Below are positions 1 through 9,607 of a stretch of DNA of 64,000 bases, piece after piece. Under the pieces are notes generated by a model. That model was not told the DNA's origin and did no database searches. It saw only the letters and a list, made by a program, of their open reading frames with translations. This DNA comes from an uncultured candidatus Porisulfidus sp. (GTDB lineage Bacteria > Pseudomonadota > Gammaproteobacteria > Poriferisulfidales > Oxydemutatoraceae). The translations under genes and the position numbers were made by a program. Numbering within the stretch: position 1 is the stretch's first letter; every line of letters begins with the position of its first letter. The stretch spans positions 1,312,001-1,376,000 of the forward strand of contig OZ244052.1 of NCBI GenBank assembly GCA_965215125.1, read 5' to 3'.

Positions 1-530
1 TGCAACCCTAAGTTCTCAAATTTCGCAATCATGGGAGTTATTTTTTCCGCCAGCTGGTCGGTATCCGACCAACTTTGATTTTTATGTTCCTCTTCCTCTT
101 CTTCGTCTTCTTCGTCATAGTAATCATCGTCGTTTTCGTCGTCTTTCTCATCCTCTTCGTCGTCATCACTATTGTCATTTTCCTCATCCGTTATGTCTTC
201 TACATCGTCGTAGTAATCGTCGTCGTCATCCGGCGACCAGTCGGGATTTACTAAAGTGGCATAATAATCGTAACCTTGTTCACCCTGTTCCGAGCGATCT
301 TCCTCCAAGATATCCGCAGCCACTTTCTCCAGCGACAAGGCAAGTAAAACAGCTTGTTCTTTCTCTAAAACACGAGTCATGCGAGCGGTATCCAAATTTT
401 GACCGTAGAGCAACCACGAGGCGGTTGCGGAAACCGAAGCCACTACAATCATCACGGTAATCAATGCGATACCCGAGTTTTTTTTATTACGGTCGGCAAG
501 GATCATATCTTGATACCGGTTATTGTTCAT
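1..530 (-). CDS. gspK: Type II secretion minor pseudopilin GspK, 5' part (runs off the window)
   Basis: Manually translated from ATG at 530 (alternative start 506): ...MILADRNKKNSG|IALITVMIVVASVSATASWLLY... This is a GspK-type prepilin N-terminus lacking Glu5. It follows gspJ and contains a long D/E tract. Confidence 0.85.
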   Translation of the reverse strand, partial: MNNNRYQDMILADRNKKNSGIALITVMIVVASVSATASWLLYGQNLDTARMTRVLEKEQAVLLALSLEKVAADILEEDRSEQGEQGYDYYATLVNPDWSPDDDDDYYDDVEDITDEENDNSDDDEEDEKDDENDDDYYDEEDEEEEEEHKNQSWSDTDQLAEKITPMIAKFENLGL

Positions 531-1191
531 CTGTCAACCGCCACGGATATTCCCCGAGCCCCGGAAAACGTCGAGTAAACGCCCGTTCGTTGTCGTTTTG
601 GTCTCTTAGCACAAGTTCTACTTCTATACCGGTGCCTTCGTCTCCTTCGTTGGTAGGTAACGATTCAAGGTAGGCGCGGCTATTTTGATCTTGTTCTCGT
701 ACCAAACTCCAATAGGGGCGCACATCGAAGGAAACAACGTCTTCCAACAAAATACTAACAATCGGTTGACTATCTTGTGCCCTATCTAGGACCGGCCACG
801 ACAAACGATAGAGCTTATCTTGTTGCTGACAATAAGCGACTCGGTGAAGTCCCGAGCGTATCAATCCTCCCGGTTCCAATCCGGCGCGGCTAAACGAAAC
901 CTCGCAAAAGTAACTATTGTCGCTGGTGTACTCGTTGCTGTCTTCTTGAAATGCCGGAAGACGTTCCTCGCCCAATGCCGGTAATATCGGGCGGCGCGTG
1001 ATATTCAAAAAGTCGTCTAAAAGCAATGTCATAACCAATTGAATGTCGTTCAGCTGGGCGGAGCGTTCCTCCGCCTTTTGTTGCACCATCATCGAAGTTT
1101 GCAAACCCTGAAAAGTCATCGCCGAGATGACCGCAAATATCGCCATAGCAATCAGTACTTCTATCAGAGTGAAGCCGACTGATTTAAGCAT
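520..1191 (-). CDS. gspJ: Type II secretion minor pseudopilin GspJ
   Basis: G|FTLIEVLIA prepilin motif; RVAY...LYRLSWPVLD GspJ motif; position in the gsp operon. Confidence 0.9.
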   Translation of the reverse strand: MLKSVGFTLIEVLIAMAIFAVISAMTFQGLQTSMMVQQKAEERSAQLNDIQLVMTLLLDDFLNITRRPILPALGEERLPAFQEDSNEYTSDNSYFCEVSFSRAGLEPGGLIRSGLHRVAYCQQQDKLYRLSWPVLDRAQDSQPIVSILLEDVVSFDVRPYWSLVREQDQNSRAYLESLPTNEGDEGTGIEVELVLRDQNDNERAFTRRFPGLGEYPWRLTDEQ

Positions 1192-1194
1192 TTT

Positions 1195-1653
1195 TTAGCA
1201 AGCGATGATACTCAAAGTCGCCGCTGGACGTACCTTGTCGGGATCGGCATTAGGCACATAGACTTCTACCGAGAACAGCGGTGGTATTTCAATCTCGTCG
1301 TCGCCGATTATAGAACTGTCGCTATCACCTACAATGCTGATGACTTCAACGCTTTGTAGCCAATTCCATTGTGCTCCTGCCTGTTCTTCGTAGCCTTCGG
1401 ATGAACCGACATTTTCGCATTGATCGCCGATATTCTGATTATTGTGTATGTTAATCAGTGTATTCCAAGCGACCAAATGTGCCATATAACGCTCGCGCAA
1501 GTGCGATTGGGCGGCGGAGTAATTGGAAAGCGCATCCAGCGATGCGCCCAGTGCAATTGCCAATACCACCACCGCAATCAATACCTCAATCAGAGTGAAA
1601 CCGAATTGGCGATGTTGCATCTTTCTGTTGTACGAGTAGTTTGTAGAGCGCAT
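1195..1653 (-). CDS. gspI: Type II secretion minor pseudopilin GspI (start may be 1620)
   Basis: G|FTLIEVLIAVVVLAIAL; A-x-W-x-A-like segment AHLVAWN; lies between gspH and gspJ. Confidence 0.85.
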   Translation of the reverse strand: MRSTNYSYNRKMQHRQFGFTLIEVLIAVVVLAIALGASLDALSNYSAAQSHLRERYMAHLVAWNTLINIHNNQNIGDQCENVGSSEGYEEQAGAQWNWLQSVEVISIVGDSDSSIIGDDEIEIPPLFSVEVYVPNADPDKVRPAATLSIIAC

Positions 1654-1663
1654 AAGATGTGAC

Positions 1664-2341
1664 TCATCGATAATCTTTTGCTTCGCCGAAACGTACGCGT
1701 CCGGTTGCCGTCCAACTTAAACTGAGATGTTTTTTTTCATCGAAGACTACGCGCATCGTTCCACTAGGTTCCCAAAGGCCGGTGGGATGAAATTGCACAA
1801 GCGGTCGCCATTGTGGTTTGTTTCGTTCATCGTCTTCATCTTCATATAGACTTAAATCGTCATCGTCCGGTTGTTCTTGTGCTCTGAGGTTCACATATTC
1901 GCTAACCGAACTAAACTCGCTACCTTCGGCATCTTGAAATAAGAGTTTCCAACCTGTTTGTAATGAAACTTTTATGTTATTGCAACCATTCGGAAAGCAC
2001 GATTTGCTACATTCCCAATCTCGCCGTTCTTCGTTTCTGCACAAAGGCTGTAAATAATGCGATTTCTCGTCCCATGCCACCGCATAACGACGACCACTGA
2101 GTATCGCTTCGTCGGCCATAGCGTTCATCATGCTTACCGTATTGCGCATTGCTTCTTGAACCCGTCCGCGATCACCCACCGATACAGACAAAATGCCCGC
2201 CCCGACGATAATAGAAACGATGAGTACTACGGTGAGCAGTTCTATTAACGTAAAACCTAATACGCTTGTGTGATGATGAGAGTGGTAGCTACTTCGTTTA
2301 TTGGTCGAGATTCCAGTTGCCAATATCTTTGTCAAAGTCAT
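1664..2341 (-). CDS. gspH: Type II secretion minor pseudopilin GspH (start uncertain, overlaps gspG 3' end)
   Basis: G|FTLIELLTVVLIVSII; DEAILSGR; VQFHPTG; follows gspG. Confidence 0.85.
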   Translation of the reverse strand: MTLTKILATGISTNKRSSYHSHHHTSVLGFTLIELLTVVLIVSIIVGAGILSVSVGDRGRVQEAMRNTVSMMNAMADEAILSGRRYAVAWDEKSHYLQPLCRNEERRDWECSKSCFPNGCNNIKVSLQTGWKLLFQDAEGSEFSSVSEYVNLRAQEQPDDDDLSLYEDEDDERNKPQWRPLVQFHPTGLWEPSGTMRVVFDEKKHLSLSWTATGRVRFGEAKDYR

Positions 2342-2705
2342 TGCCGCCTTCCCTGCCGTCTTTACCGTAACTGTAGATATCAAATTTGCCGGGATTACGG
2401 CCGCCGGGATTGCGATATTGATAGTCGTTATTCCATGGATCTTTCGGCACCTTATCTAAATAGCCCCCGGACGCGAGTTCGGATAAATCGGACGGATAAT
2501 CAAAATTATCCAAACGGTATAGATTAATCGCATTGACCAGAGTGCGTACATCTTGTTTGGCGCGTACCTGTCGTGCATGCTCCGGCCGTTCCATAATAGA
2601 CGGTACAACCAACGCCGCCAACACGCCGAGTATAACCACCACTACCATAATCTCTATTAAGGTGAAACCTGCTTGCTTTTTTCTACGCAATCTATATCTA
2701 TTCAT
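2298..2705 (-). CDS. gspG: Type II secretion major pseudopilin GspG
   Basis: QAG|FTLIEIMVVVVILG; YRLDNFDYP; PKDPWNNDYQY; SYGKDGREGG; DIGNW. Confidence 0.97.
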   Translation of the reverse strand: MNRYRLRRKKQAGFTLIEIMVVVVILGVLAALVVPSIMERPEHARQVRAKQDVRTLVNAINLYRLDNFDYPSDLSELASGGYLDKVPKDPWNNDYQYRNPGGRNPGKFDIYSYGKDGREGGNDFDKDIGNWNLDQ

Positions 2706-2711
2706 TTTTCC

Positions 2712-3911
2712 TCATATTAATTGATTCATTTGTATTATAGGCACTAATACCGCCATCACGATGAGTAGCACCACGCCACCCATCATTATAACCAACAACG
2801 GTTCGAATAGCTTTAGTCCGGTATCAATTACCGTCTTGAGTCGTTGGTCGTAGTAATCGGCTACTTTTAGGAGCATTTTGTCTAAAGCACCGCTTGATTC
2901 GCCACTACTTACCATGTGAATTAAAAAAGGTGGGAAACGATCGGCTTTGAGTAGTGCTTGGTGCAGGCTGTCGCCTTCTCGGACGCGATTTGCGACCTCG
3001 TCTAAATCGCTTTTGAGTGCTAGATTATCAACCCGTTCCGAGGCGATTTTCAAAGAGTCCAATGCCGGCACACCGCTACCCAGTAGCATCCCCAAACTGC
3101 GTGCCCATCCCGACACATTACCGACGACGAACCAATAACCCAAGCGCGGAACTTTGAGTAAAAAACCGTGCCATTTCTTCTTTTTTTCGGCATCGCGTAG
3201 CATCAGCAAAAAAATAACCAAGCTGCCGGTCAACAACACAAAAAGATAGAACCCGTAATTTTTCAACCAATCGCTGATTGCCAATAACGCGATCGTCAGC
3301 CCGGGTAATTCCTGATCCATTTGACCGAAAACTCGCGTGACCTGCGGGACCACATAAATAAGCAACAGGATAATCACGGTGATGGCAACGGTCATCATAA
3401 GCAACGGATAGATCAAAGCGGTCATCATGGACTGCTTTGCTTTGCCGCTGTGTTCTACATCGTCCGCCAATCGCTCTAGCACCTGTTCCAAGTGTCCGGT
3501 TTCCTCTCCCGCCGAGATCGTTGCAATATAGTCGGACGGGAAAATCGCCGGTGCTTTCTCTAAGGCATGCGCTAGCGATTGCCCCTCTGCGACTTGGCTT
3601 CTAATCGCGCTGACCAGTCGCTTAATCGTCACATTCTCGGCTTGTTCCGCCATCAACCTCAAACTTTGTTCAAGCGGCATGCCCGAACCGACTAAGGTTG
3701 CTAGTTGCCGCGTCAATAACATTAGATTATTGCCTTTGAACTTACTTTTGAATTGAAATAAGGAACGGCCTACACTCACCGGCGCGACTTCTATGGGCAT
3801 CAAACCCCTTTCACGCAACAGTTGACGAAGGTGTCGCTCCGAATCGGCTTCTAGTACATCCTTACGGATTTTTCCCGACTTGTCGTACGCTTTGTAGTTA
3901 TACGCTTGCAT
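2712..3911 (-). CDS. gspF: Type II secretion inner membrane protein GspF
   Basis: RQLATLVGSGMPL, AGEETGHL, GESSGALD and FEP motifs; probable start MQAYNYKA at 3911. Confidence 0.95.
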   Translation of the reverse strand: MQAYNYKAYDKSGKIRKDVLEADSERHLRQLLRERGLMPIEVAPVSVGRSLFQFKSKFKGNNLMLLTRQLATLVGSGMPLEQSLRLMAEQAENVTIKRLVSAIRSQVAEGQSLAHALEKAPAIFPSDYIATISAGEETGHLEQVLERLADDVEHSGKAKQSMMTALIYPLLMMTVAITVIILLLIYVVPQVTRVFGQMDQELPGLTIALLAISDWLKNYGFYLFVLLTGSLVIFLLMLRDAEKKKKWHGFLLKVPRLGYWFVVGNVSGWARSLGMLLGSGVPALDSLKIASERVDNLALKSDLDEVANRVREGDSLHQALLKADRFPPFLIHMVSSGESSGALDKMLLKVADYYDQRLKTVIDTGLKLFEPLLVIMMGGVVLLIVMAVLVPIIQMNQLI

Positions 3912-3975
3912 AATCGTAGTATATACTATCTGCCGTTGCAAGCGATGATTTATTACCTTTCCTGTGCAGAGCACA

Positions 3976-3990
3976 GCCTGACGGGGTGGT
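3976..3990 (+). repeat. Fragment of the dispersed REP-like element
   Basis: gcctgacggggtggt is identical to the 3' half of the full copies at 22254 and 32426. Confidence 0.6.
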
Positions 3991-4075
3991 CAACAAAAGC
4001 TACATCATCCGATTCTGATTTCTATCGTGTTATACTCGTGCCTCACGATTATCTATATCAATAAGGAGAAAAATT

Positions 4076-4426
4076 ATGGCAATGAAGTATCTTTCGGGTG
4101 CGCAAAATAAAGACATTAAATCATTGGGAATAGAAGGCATAAACGCTTTCTTGGAAGATGTTGTTTCCTCCAACAATGAGGAAGCACCGATTAGCGCAGG
4201 ATTTTTTAGAATGGAAGCCGGTAACCCACTGGAATACACCTATAGCTACGATGAATGTAAAATTATGCTTGAGGGTGAAATGACGATTACCGAAGTAGGA
4301 GGAGAGACGGTCTCCCTGAAGCCCGGCGATGTCGTTTATTTTGATGCCGGCACGAAGGTAGTTTTCTCGTCCGAGACCTCCGGCACTGCATTTTATGTGG
4401 GGCAGAGGAAGCAAGGTGTGCTATAG
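4076..4426 (+). CDS. EutQ/DUF861-like cupin protein
   Basis: AGFFRMEAG..LEYTYSYDECKIMLEGE...LKPGDVVYF cupin pattern; SD aaggag upstream. Confidence 0.8.
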   Translation: MAMKYLSGAQNKDIKSLGIEGINAFLEDVVSSNNEEAPISAGFFRMEAGNPLEYTYSYDECKIMLEGEMTITEVGGETVSLKPGDVVYFDAGTKVVFSSETSGTAFYVGQRKQGVL

Positions 4427-4460
4427 ATTTATGGCTATCAGCCGAGTCTAGCCGCCCATT

Positions 4461-4620
4461 TAACGAACAAAAACACCGACTTATGTTCTTTGCTTTCTAT
4501 TAACGCACAGGATGTTCGTTATTTTTTGCTAACGAACAAAAAAGACCATTTATGTTCTTTATATTAATGGAAAACAACAAATAGGCATTATAATCCTCTA
4601 AAATATGTTTATTAACGAAC
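4461..4620 (+). promoter_or_regulatory. Repeated TAACGAAC/TGTTC elements upstream of the Fic gene (putative operators)
   Basis: 31-bp imperfect direct repeat at 4461 and 4530; palindrome taacgcacaggatgttcgtta at 4501-4521; taacgaac at 4613. Confidence 0.4.
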
Positions 4621-4643
4621 GAATTATTGTATAAATATTCTTT

Positions 4644-5816
4644 ATGATGGGAAAAGCCGACAGAATAGGGCAAATGATTAAAGGTTCTGCCGTAGCAGGT
4701 GAAACCTATCAGGCTTATATACCTAATCCGTTGCCACCCAATCCACCCCTAAATTTAGACAATTTCCACAAAGTGATTGAGCAGGCTAGCAACACCTTGG
4801 GTAGGTTGGACGGTATGAGTGCACTTTTACCCGATATATCACTTTTTTTGAAGATGTGCGCGCGCAAAGAAGCAGTTTTATCATCACAGATTGAAGGAAC
4901 GCAGTCTTCGCTTTCCGACCTATTATCATCGGAAAGTTTGAAATTACAAGAAACCTCTGCTGATGATGTGGAAGAGGTGAAGTGTTACATAGCGGCGATG
5001 AATTACGGTTTAAGCAGACTGAAAGAAATACCTTTATCGTTGCGCTTAATCCGAGAGATACACGCAAGGCTCATGCATAATTCTAGAGGTAGGAATAAAC
5101 AACCCGGAGAGTTTCGAAAGTCGCAAAACTGGATTGGAGGAAGTAGCCCGAGTAAAGCAACTTATGTTCCACCACCGCCCGAACGGCTGATGGAATGTTT
5201 AGATTGCTTTGAGAAATTTTTGCACGACGAGAACATACAATTGCCTGTATTAGTTAAAGTCGCTCTGGTGCATGTCCAGTTTGAAAGCATCCATCCATTT
5301 TTAGACGGCAATGGGCGGCTAGGACGATTACTTATTACTTTCATGCTATGTGTGGAAGGCATGATCAAGGAACCGCTACTCTACCTAAGCCTATATTTTA
5401 AGACTTATCGCCAAGCGTATTACAATCATTTGCATGCTGTGCACGAAACCGGTGATTGGGAGGGGTGGATCAGATTTTTTCTAGAAGGTGTTATTGATAT
5501 AGCCAATCAGACAATGGAAGCGGCACAAAGTATCAGAAAGTTATTTAGTGATCACCGTAGGCTTATTGAGAGTTTGGAACAATCGGCGGCATCGGTTTCA
5601 ACTATTAGTACGATATATGCCGATCTGCAACGACACCCTATATCTAACACTGCGTCAATACGTAAAAATACAAGATTGTCACAACCTACTGTGACGCGTA
5701 GTCTCTCTGCATTAGAAAGACTCGGTATTATTAAGGAAATCACCGGCAAATCGCGCCACAAAGTATTTGTTTACAGTGTCTATTTAGACATACTGAACAA
5801 AGGCACAGAATTATGA
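4644..5816 (+). CDS. Fic-family AMPylase with N-terminal inhibitory motif and C-terminal HTH
   Basis: HPFLDGNGRLGR Fic motif; SSQIEG (S/T)xxxE(G/N) motif; C-terminal wHTH-like LSQPTVTRSLSALERLGII. Confidence 0.93.
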   Translation: MMGKADRIGQMIKGSAVAGETYQAYIPNPLPPNPPLNLDNFHKVIEQASNTLGRLDGMSALLPDISLFLKMCARKEAVLSSQIEGTQSSLSDLLSSESLKLQETSADDVEEVKCYIAAMNYGLSRLKEIPLSLRLIREIHARLMHNSRGRNKQPGEFRKSQNWIGGSSPSKATYVPPPPERLMECLDCFEKFLHDENIQLPVLVKVALVHVQFESIHPFLDGNGRLGRLLITFMLCVEGMIKEPLLYLSLYFKTYRQAYYNHLHAVHETGDWEGWIRFFLEGVIDIANQTMEAAQSIRKLFSDHRRLIESLEQSAASVSTISTIYADLQRHPISNTASIRKNTRLSQPTVTRSLSALERLGIIKEITGKSRHKVFVYSVYLDILNKGTEL

Positions 5817-5878
5817 CATCAAAGTTATTGCTGTTACCAAGTATCTTGCGCAATAGCTAAGTTCGGGGCAGTTCTAGA

Positions 5879-5977
5879 AATAATAAACCAACAGCAACAC
5901 CGAAAGCACGATGCCCATGACGATTATCAGTGTGGTGGTGGATACATCTCGTCCGTATACGGTGGCAACATTAAGAA
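5879..5977 (-). repeat. Duplicated, internally deleted 3' end of the last mrp gene
   Basis: 5879-5958 is identical to 9625-9704 (80 bp); 5957-5965 matches 9785-9793; 5964-5977 matches 9879-9892. Confidence 0.92.
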
Positions 5978-6963
5978 TAAGGTCAGTTGCTATCAAAAAG
6001 AGATTTTCTTAGTTCTTTATTGTATCGTTCCATTCTACTTAAAAGAGAAGGACAAAAATCTGCATTAACGCCTCGTTTTGCCATAACCGGTGCGCCGCCG
6101 GGGTTATGCCTATCTCTAAAATAAACTTTTGGATCATTATGGGTAAAGATCATTTGATCTTTTTTTATTTCCTTATGTTTATCTTTACGCAGATAAATTA
6201 AATTTCGAGAATCGTCTATTAACTTATATTCTTGTTGATTTCTGGCATAAAGTAATGGAACAATGTGGTGCAGTTCATAATTTTCCTGTTTTTTTATTTT
6301 ATGTTTCTTAAAATATCTACTTTTTGGTTCTTCGTTTCTTCTCATTGCAAATATACCGGATGCCTTTCCTGTGTTTAGGGAAAACCATTTATCATGAACT
6401 TGGAAATATATTGTCGTCTTAAATAAAGACATGAGTTGTTGGGTTTCGTTTCTCCAGTTGTGGTAATCTCTTTTGTCGGTTTTATTTCCTGAAAATCTTT
6501 TAGGGTTGCAATATTCTTTTATTAATCTTCGGGCATTATCTCGTTGATTTCGAGTAAGTGAACGCCAAGCATGCAACATTTCGATTTTCTCGATACCATT
6601 TAGTTCATGATCACTAAATATCAAAGTATATTCGTCAAAATAAAATTTATCTTTTCTATACTCGCTTAGCTCTATTGCCGAAACTAAATCAACTAAGGTA
6701 TTTTTTAGTAATTTTTCTAGTCCATCGGTAAATATTTTATATTTTTCAAATAGTCTCTTTTCCTTTATAAGCCTAATTCCTTCTGCCGAGAGTCGTGCAG
6801 TTGAGATTTTTTCCGATTACAAAATGGATCTAGCTCATCACCTTTTTGGCCAAATCTTTCGAGAAAACCGGCTCTAGAGAAGTCTACAAAAAGATTTTTC
6901 TTTAGTGGATTCGGTCCATTTAAGATTTTACTTGATTTCAAACGTTCATATATCTCATTAAAC

Positions 6964-8279
6964 GAGACTGTAATTTAAATTGTGTAAGTTCTAATTAAGA
7001 TAAACTAGGTGGCAACACCAAACTAATAAAGGAGAACTTATGAAAGATATAAAAAGCATCGGGAAAGAATTATCCCGTCATGTAAAGACCCAACAAGAGA
7101 TGACCGATATCATCGGTCAGTTGATTAAGTCAATGATGGAAGGCATACTCAATGCGGAGCTGGACGACCATCTCGGCTATGAGAAAAACGACAAAGCATC
7201 CAAGCGTAGAAAGAATACCCGCAACGGGCATAGTGCCAAGACCTTAAAGACCAATTATGGGGATATAACGATACAGACACCGCGAGATCGGGAGGCGTCG
7301 TTTGAACCGATGATTGTGCCGAAAGGGAAAACCCGTTTAGACGGATTTGAGGATACGATATTGGCACTCTATGCGCAAGGGATGACGGTGCGACAGATAC
7401 AAGAGTCGATTAAAGAGTTGTATCATGGTGCGGAGATTTCTACTGCGGTTATCTCGAATGTCACCGATGCGGTGATAGACGAGGTGCGGACTTGGCAGAG
7501 CCGAGTGTTAGAGTGCCTCTATGTGGTGATGTATCTGGATTGCATCGTCGTCAAAGTGCGAGAGCAAGGCCGTATCATTAACAAGTCGATCTATGTTGCA
7601 CTGGGCATAAAGCGCAGTGGACGCAAGGAATTACTCGGGTTGTGGATTGCCGAGACCGAAAGTGCTAAGTTCTGGTTAGCGATATTAACCGAGCTACAAA
7701 ATCGGGGTGTGAAAGATATCTTGATCTGTTGCATAGATGGTCTGAAGGGTTTCGCAGAGGCGATTGCCAGCGTCTATCCGCAGGCAAAAATACAACTGTG
7801 TCTAGTCCACATGATGAGAAACTCGCTACGCTATGTTGCGACTAAAGATAAGAAAGCAGTCTCGGCAGCGTTAAAGAAGATATACAATAGTCCTACGGCG
7901 CAGGCTGCCGAGCAGGCGTTAGATGAGTTTGCCGATTGCTGGTCGGCAAAATATCCGAGTGTTGAGCGGTCGTGGCGCAATAACTGGGACAACCTGATTA
8001 CGTTATTTGATTACCCGCCGGAGATTAGAAAAATTATCTATACAACGAATGCGATAGAAAGTCTCAATAGCGTGATTAGAAAATCCATCCGCAACCGGAA
8101 GATATTCCCGAGCGACCAATCGGCATTGAAAGTAGTTTATTTGGCAATCAAAAAAGCCTCTGCTCGCTGGACGCTGCCGATACGAAATTGGATACCGGCG
8201 ATGAACCGATTAGCTATTGAATACGAAGGTAGATTTGATATTGAGGAAAACGAAGTTACACAAAATAGTTAACAGGCTC
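6964..8279 (+). mobile_element. IS256-family insertion sequence, 1316 bp, with 8-bp target duplication
   Basis: Imperfect terminal IRs GAGACTGTAATTTAAATTGTGTAA / revcomp GAGCCTGTTAACTATTTTGTGTAA; TSD cattaaac at 6956-6963 and 8280-8287. Confidence 0.96.
7040..8272 (+). CDS. IS256-family DDE transposase
   Basis: RNGH..KTLKT..G, PRDR..SFEP, YLDC, CIDGLKG, QLCLVH, YTTNAIES motifs. Confidence 0.97.
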   Translation: MKDIKSIGKELSRHVKTQQEMTDIIGQLIKSMMEGILNAELDDHLGYEKNDKASKRRKNTRNGHSAKTLKTNYGDITIQTPRDREASFEPMIVPKGKTRLDGFEDTILALYAQGMTVRQIQESIKELYHGAEISTAVISNVTDAVIDEVRTWQSRVLECLYVVMYLDCIVVKVREQGRIINKSIYVALGIKRSGRKELLGLWIAETESAKFWLAILTELQNRGVKDILICCIDGLKGFAEAIASVYPQAKIQLCLVHMMRNSLRYVATKDKKAVSAALKKIYNSPTAQAAEQALDEFADCWSAKYPSVERSWRNNWDNLITLFDYPPEIRKIIYTTNAIESLNSVIRKSIRNRKIFPSDQSALKVVYLAIKKASARWTLPIRNWIPAMNRLAIEYEGRFDIEENEVTQNS

Positions 8280-8536
8280 CATTAAACTTGGGATGCTCTT
8301 TTCGCATCTCTTTTAATTTTTTCTCTTCTTTATTGCCAATATCTCCACTAGGAACACTAAAACTATTTTCCCCGACAACTTTGTATATTGTTTTTAGGAT
8401 ATTATCTAATTTATCAATATCGTATCTATTGTGTTGTGATAAATGTATGCCTCTGTAATCCTTTCTCTGAACACGACGGACGATATATTTTAGAAACTTA
8501 TTACCTTTTTCTATGTCTAGAATGTTTTGCAGTAAT

Positions 8537-9427
8537 TTATCCATACAATTCTATTACCTCTTCTTTTACGGAACCGTCCGAGAACAATATTATCTGTTGT
8601 ACCTTTAATGGTCTGACATCGGTATTTTTTTCTGTTGCAGGAATCTCTCCTTTTGTTGCGGATAGTCTTCTATTGGCTAGTTCAACGAATTCTTTGCAAT
8701 TATCGGCACACAAGAAATTCCTGTTTAATTTCTTTGCTGCAACTGCTGTCGTGCCGCTACCGACAAAGCAATCAAAAATTAGATCACCCTCTTTACTACT
8801 CGCTTTAATTATTCTTTCAATCATTTCTAACGGTTTCGGTGTTGCGTGTTCCATAGGTACGGTTTTGCCGTTAATTTTATTCTTATGGCGCTCGCTTGTT
8901 ATATGCCAAACATCGCCGCATAATTTACCTTTTTCATTAGGAAACCAACGCTCGCCGTTTTTTTTAAGAATACCCTTTTTTTGTGCGTGCGCTATTCGTT
9001 CGGTTGAATCATACTCAATTCTCACATCGTCCGCGTTAAAGGTCTTCGGGTTGTCTTTAGAAAAAAATAGGATTGTTTCTTGATTGGGTATGAATTTTTT
9101 TTTGGTATAACAAAAGCCGTCCCGTTTATCCCAGGTGAGCCAATTTTGGAAAATCATTCCCTTCTCTACAAGATGATTTAATATGAAAGCGGAGTGATAC
9201 GGCGTGTTAAAAATATAAATACTTGCTCCACTACTTAATTTCGGAATGAGTGCATCTATCCACTTAAAAGTGAAATTGAAAAATGCCTTTTCGTTATGAA
9301 AAGTGTCCCAATCACCCTTGTTGAGAAAATACGGTGGATCAATAATAGCTAGATCTATGGTGCTATCGTCTATATCTGATATAAAATCAAAACAGCCTTT
9401 TAGTATTATTTTATTTAAGTTCACCAT
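8537..9427 (-). CDS. beta-class N6-adenine DNA methyltransferase, M1.MboII-like
   Basis: IDPPY precedes FDCFVGSGTT (beta order); FQNWLTWDKRDG, QETILFFSK and HATPKP match M1.MboII as recalled. Confidence 0.92.
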   Translation of the reverse strand: MVNLNKIILKGCFDFISDIDDSTIDLAIIDPPYFLNKGDWDTFHNEKAFFNFTFKWIDALIPKLSSGASIYIFNTPYHSAFILNHLVEKGMIFQNWLTWDKRDGFCYTKKKFIPNQETILFFSKDNPKTFNADDVRIEYDSTERIAHAQKKGILKKNGERWFPNEKGKLCGDVWHITSERHKNKINGKTVPMEHATPKPLEMIERIIKASSKEGDLIFDCFVGSGTTAVAAKKLNRNFLCADNCKEFVELANRRLSATKGEIPATEKNTDVRPLKVQQIILFSDGSVKEEVIELYG

Positions 9428-9556
9428 GTTTTTCCGCTTGCTTTAATTTTGCGTTTATAATTTTTGAGTAGGTTTTTACCGTTTCATGTTTCTTGCATCA
9501 CCGAAGAAAATTTTATTTTCGAAAGTATCTAATGTGTTTCTTTTAGAGGCTGGCAT
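9411..9556 (-). pseudogene. Remnant of a second methyltransferase (M2) with a large internal deletion
   Basis: MPASKRNTLDTFENKIFFGDARNMK (MTase-like N-terminus) is joined out of frame at ATGAAA to ETVKTYSKIINAKLKQAEKHGELK* (MTase-like C-terminus overlapping the M1 start). Confidence 0.6.
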
Positions 9557-9607
9557 AAAGCGATTATAGCACCTGCCGGACACCCCAATTTACATGATTT
9601 TGCAGAT

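Larger units (their letters stand above)
5983..8544 (-). pseudogene. MboII-like Type IIS HNH restriction endonuclease, disrupted by IS256 and a 1-nt frameshift
   Basis: The N-terminal part (8544-8280: YRGIHLSQHNRYD) rejoins KNLFVDFSRAG after IS removal. Adding one base to the T6 run at 6807-6812 joins it to DKRDYHNW...YELHHIVPLL. The reconstruction is 412 aa, and these motifs match R.MboII as recalled. Confidence 0.88.

Noticed and set aside
8388-9083. 231-aa plus-strand ORF
   Set aside because: It is antisense to the methylase and endonuclease genes and has no recognisable motifs. The same applies to the many shadow ORFs over mrp, hscA, katG, hsdR and hisS.
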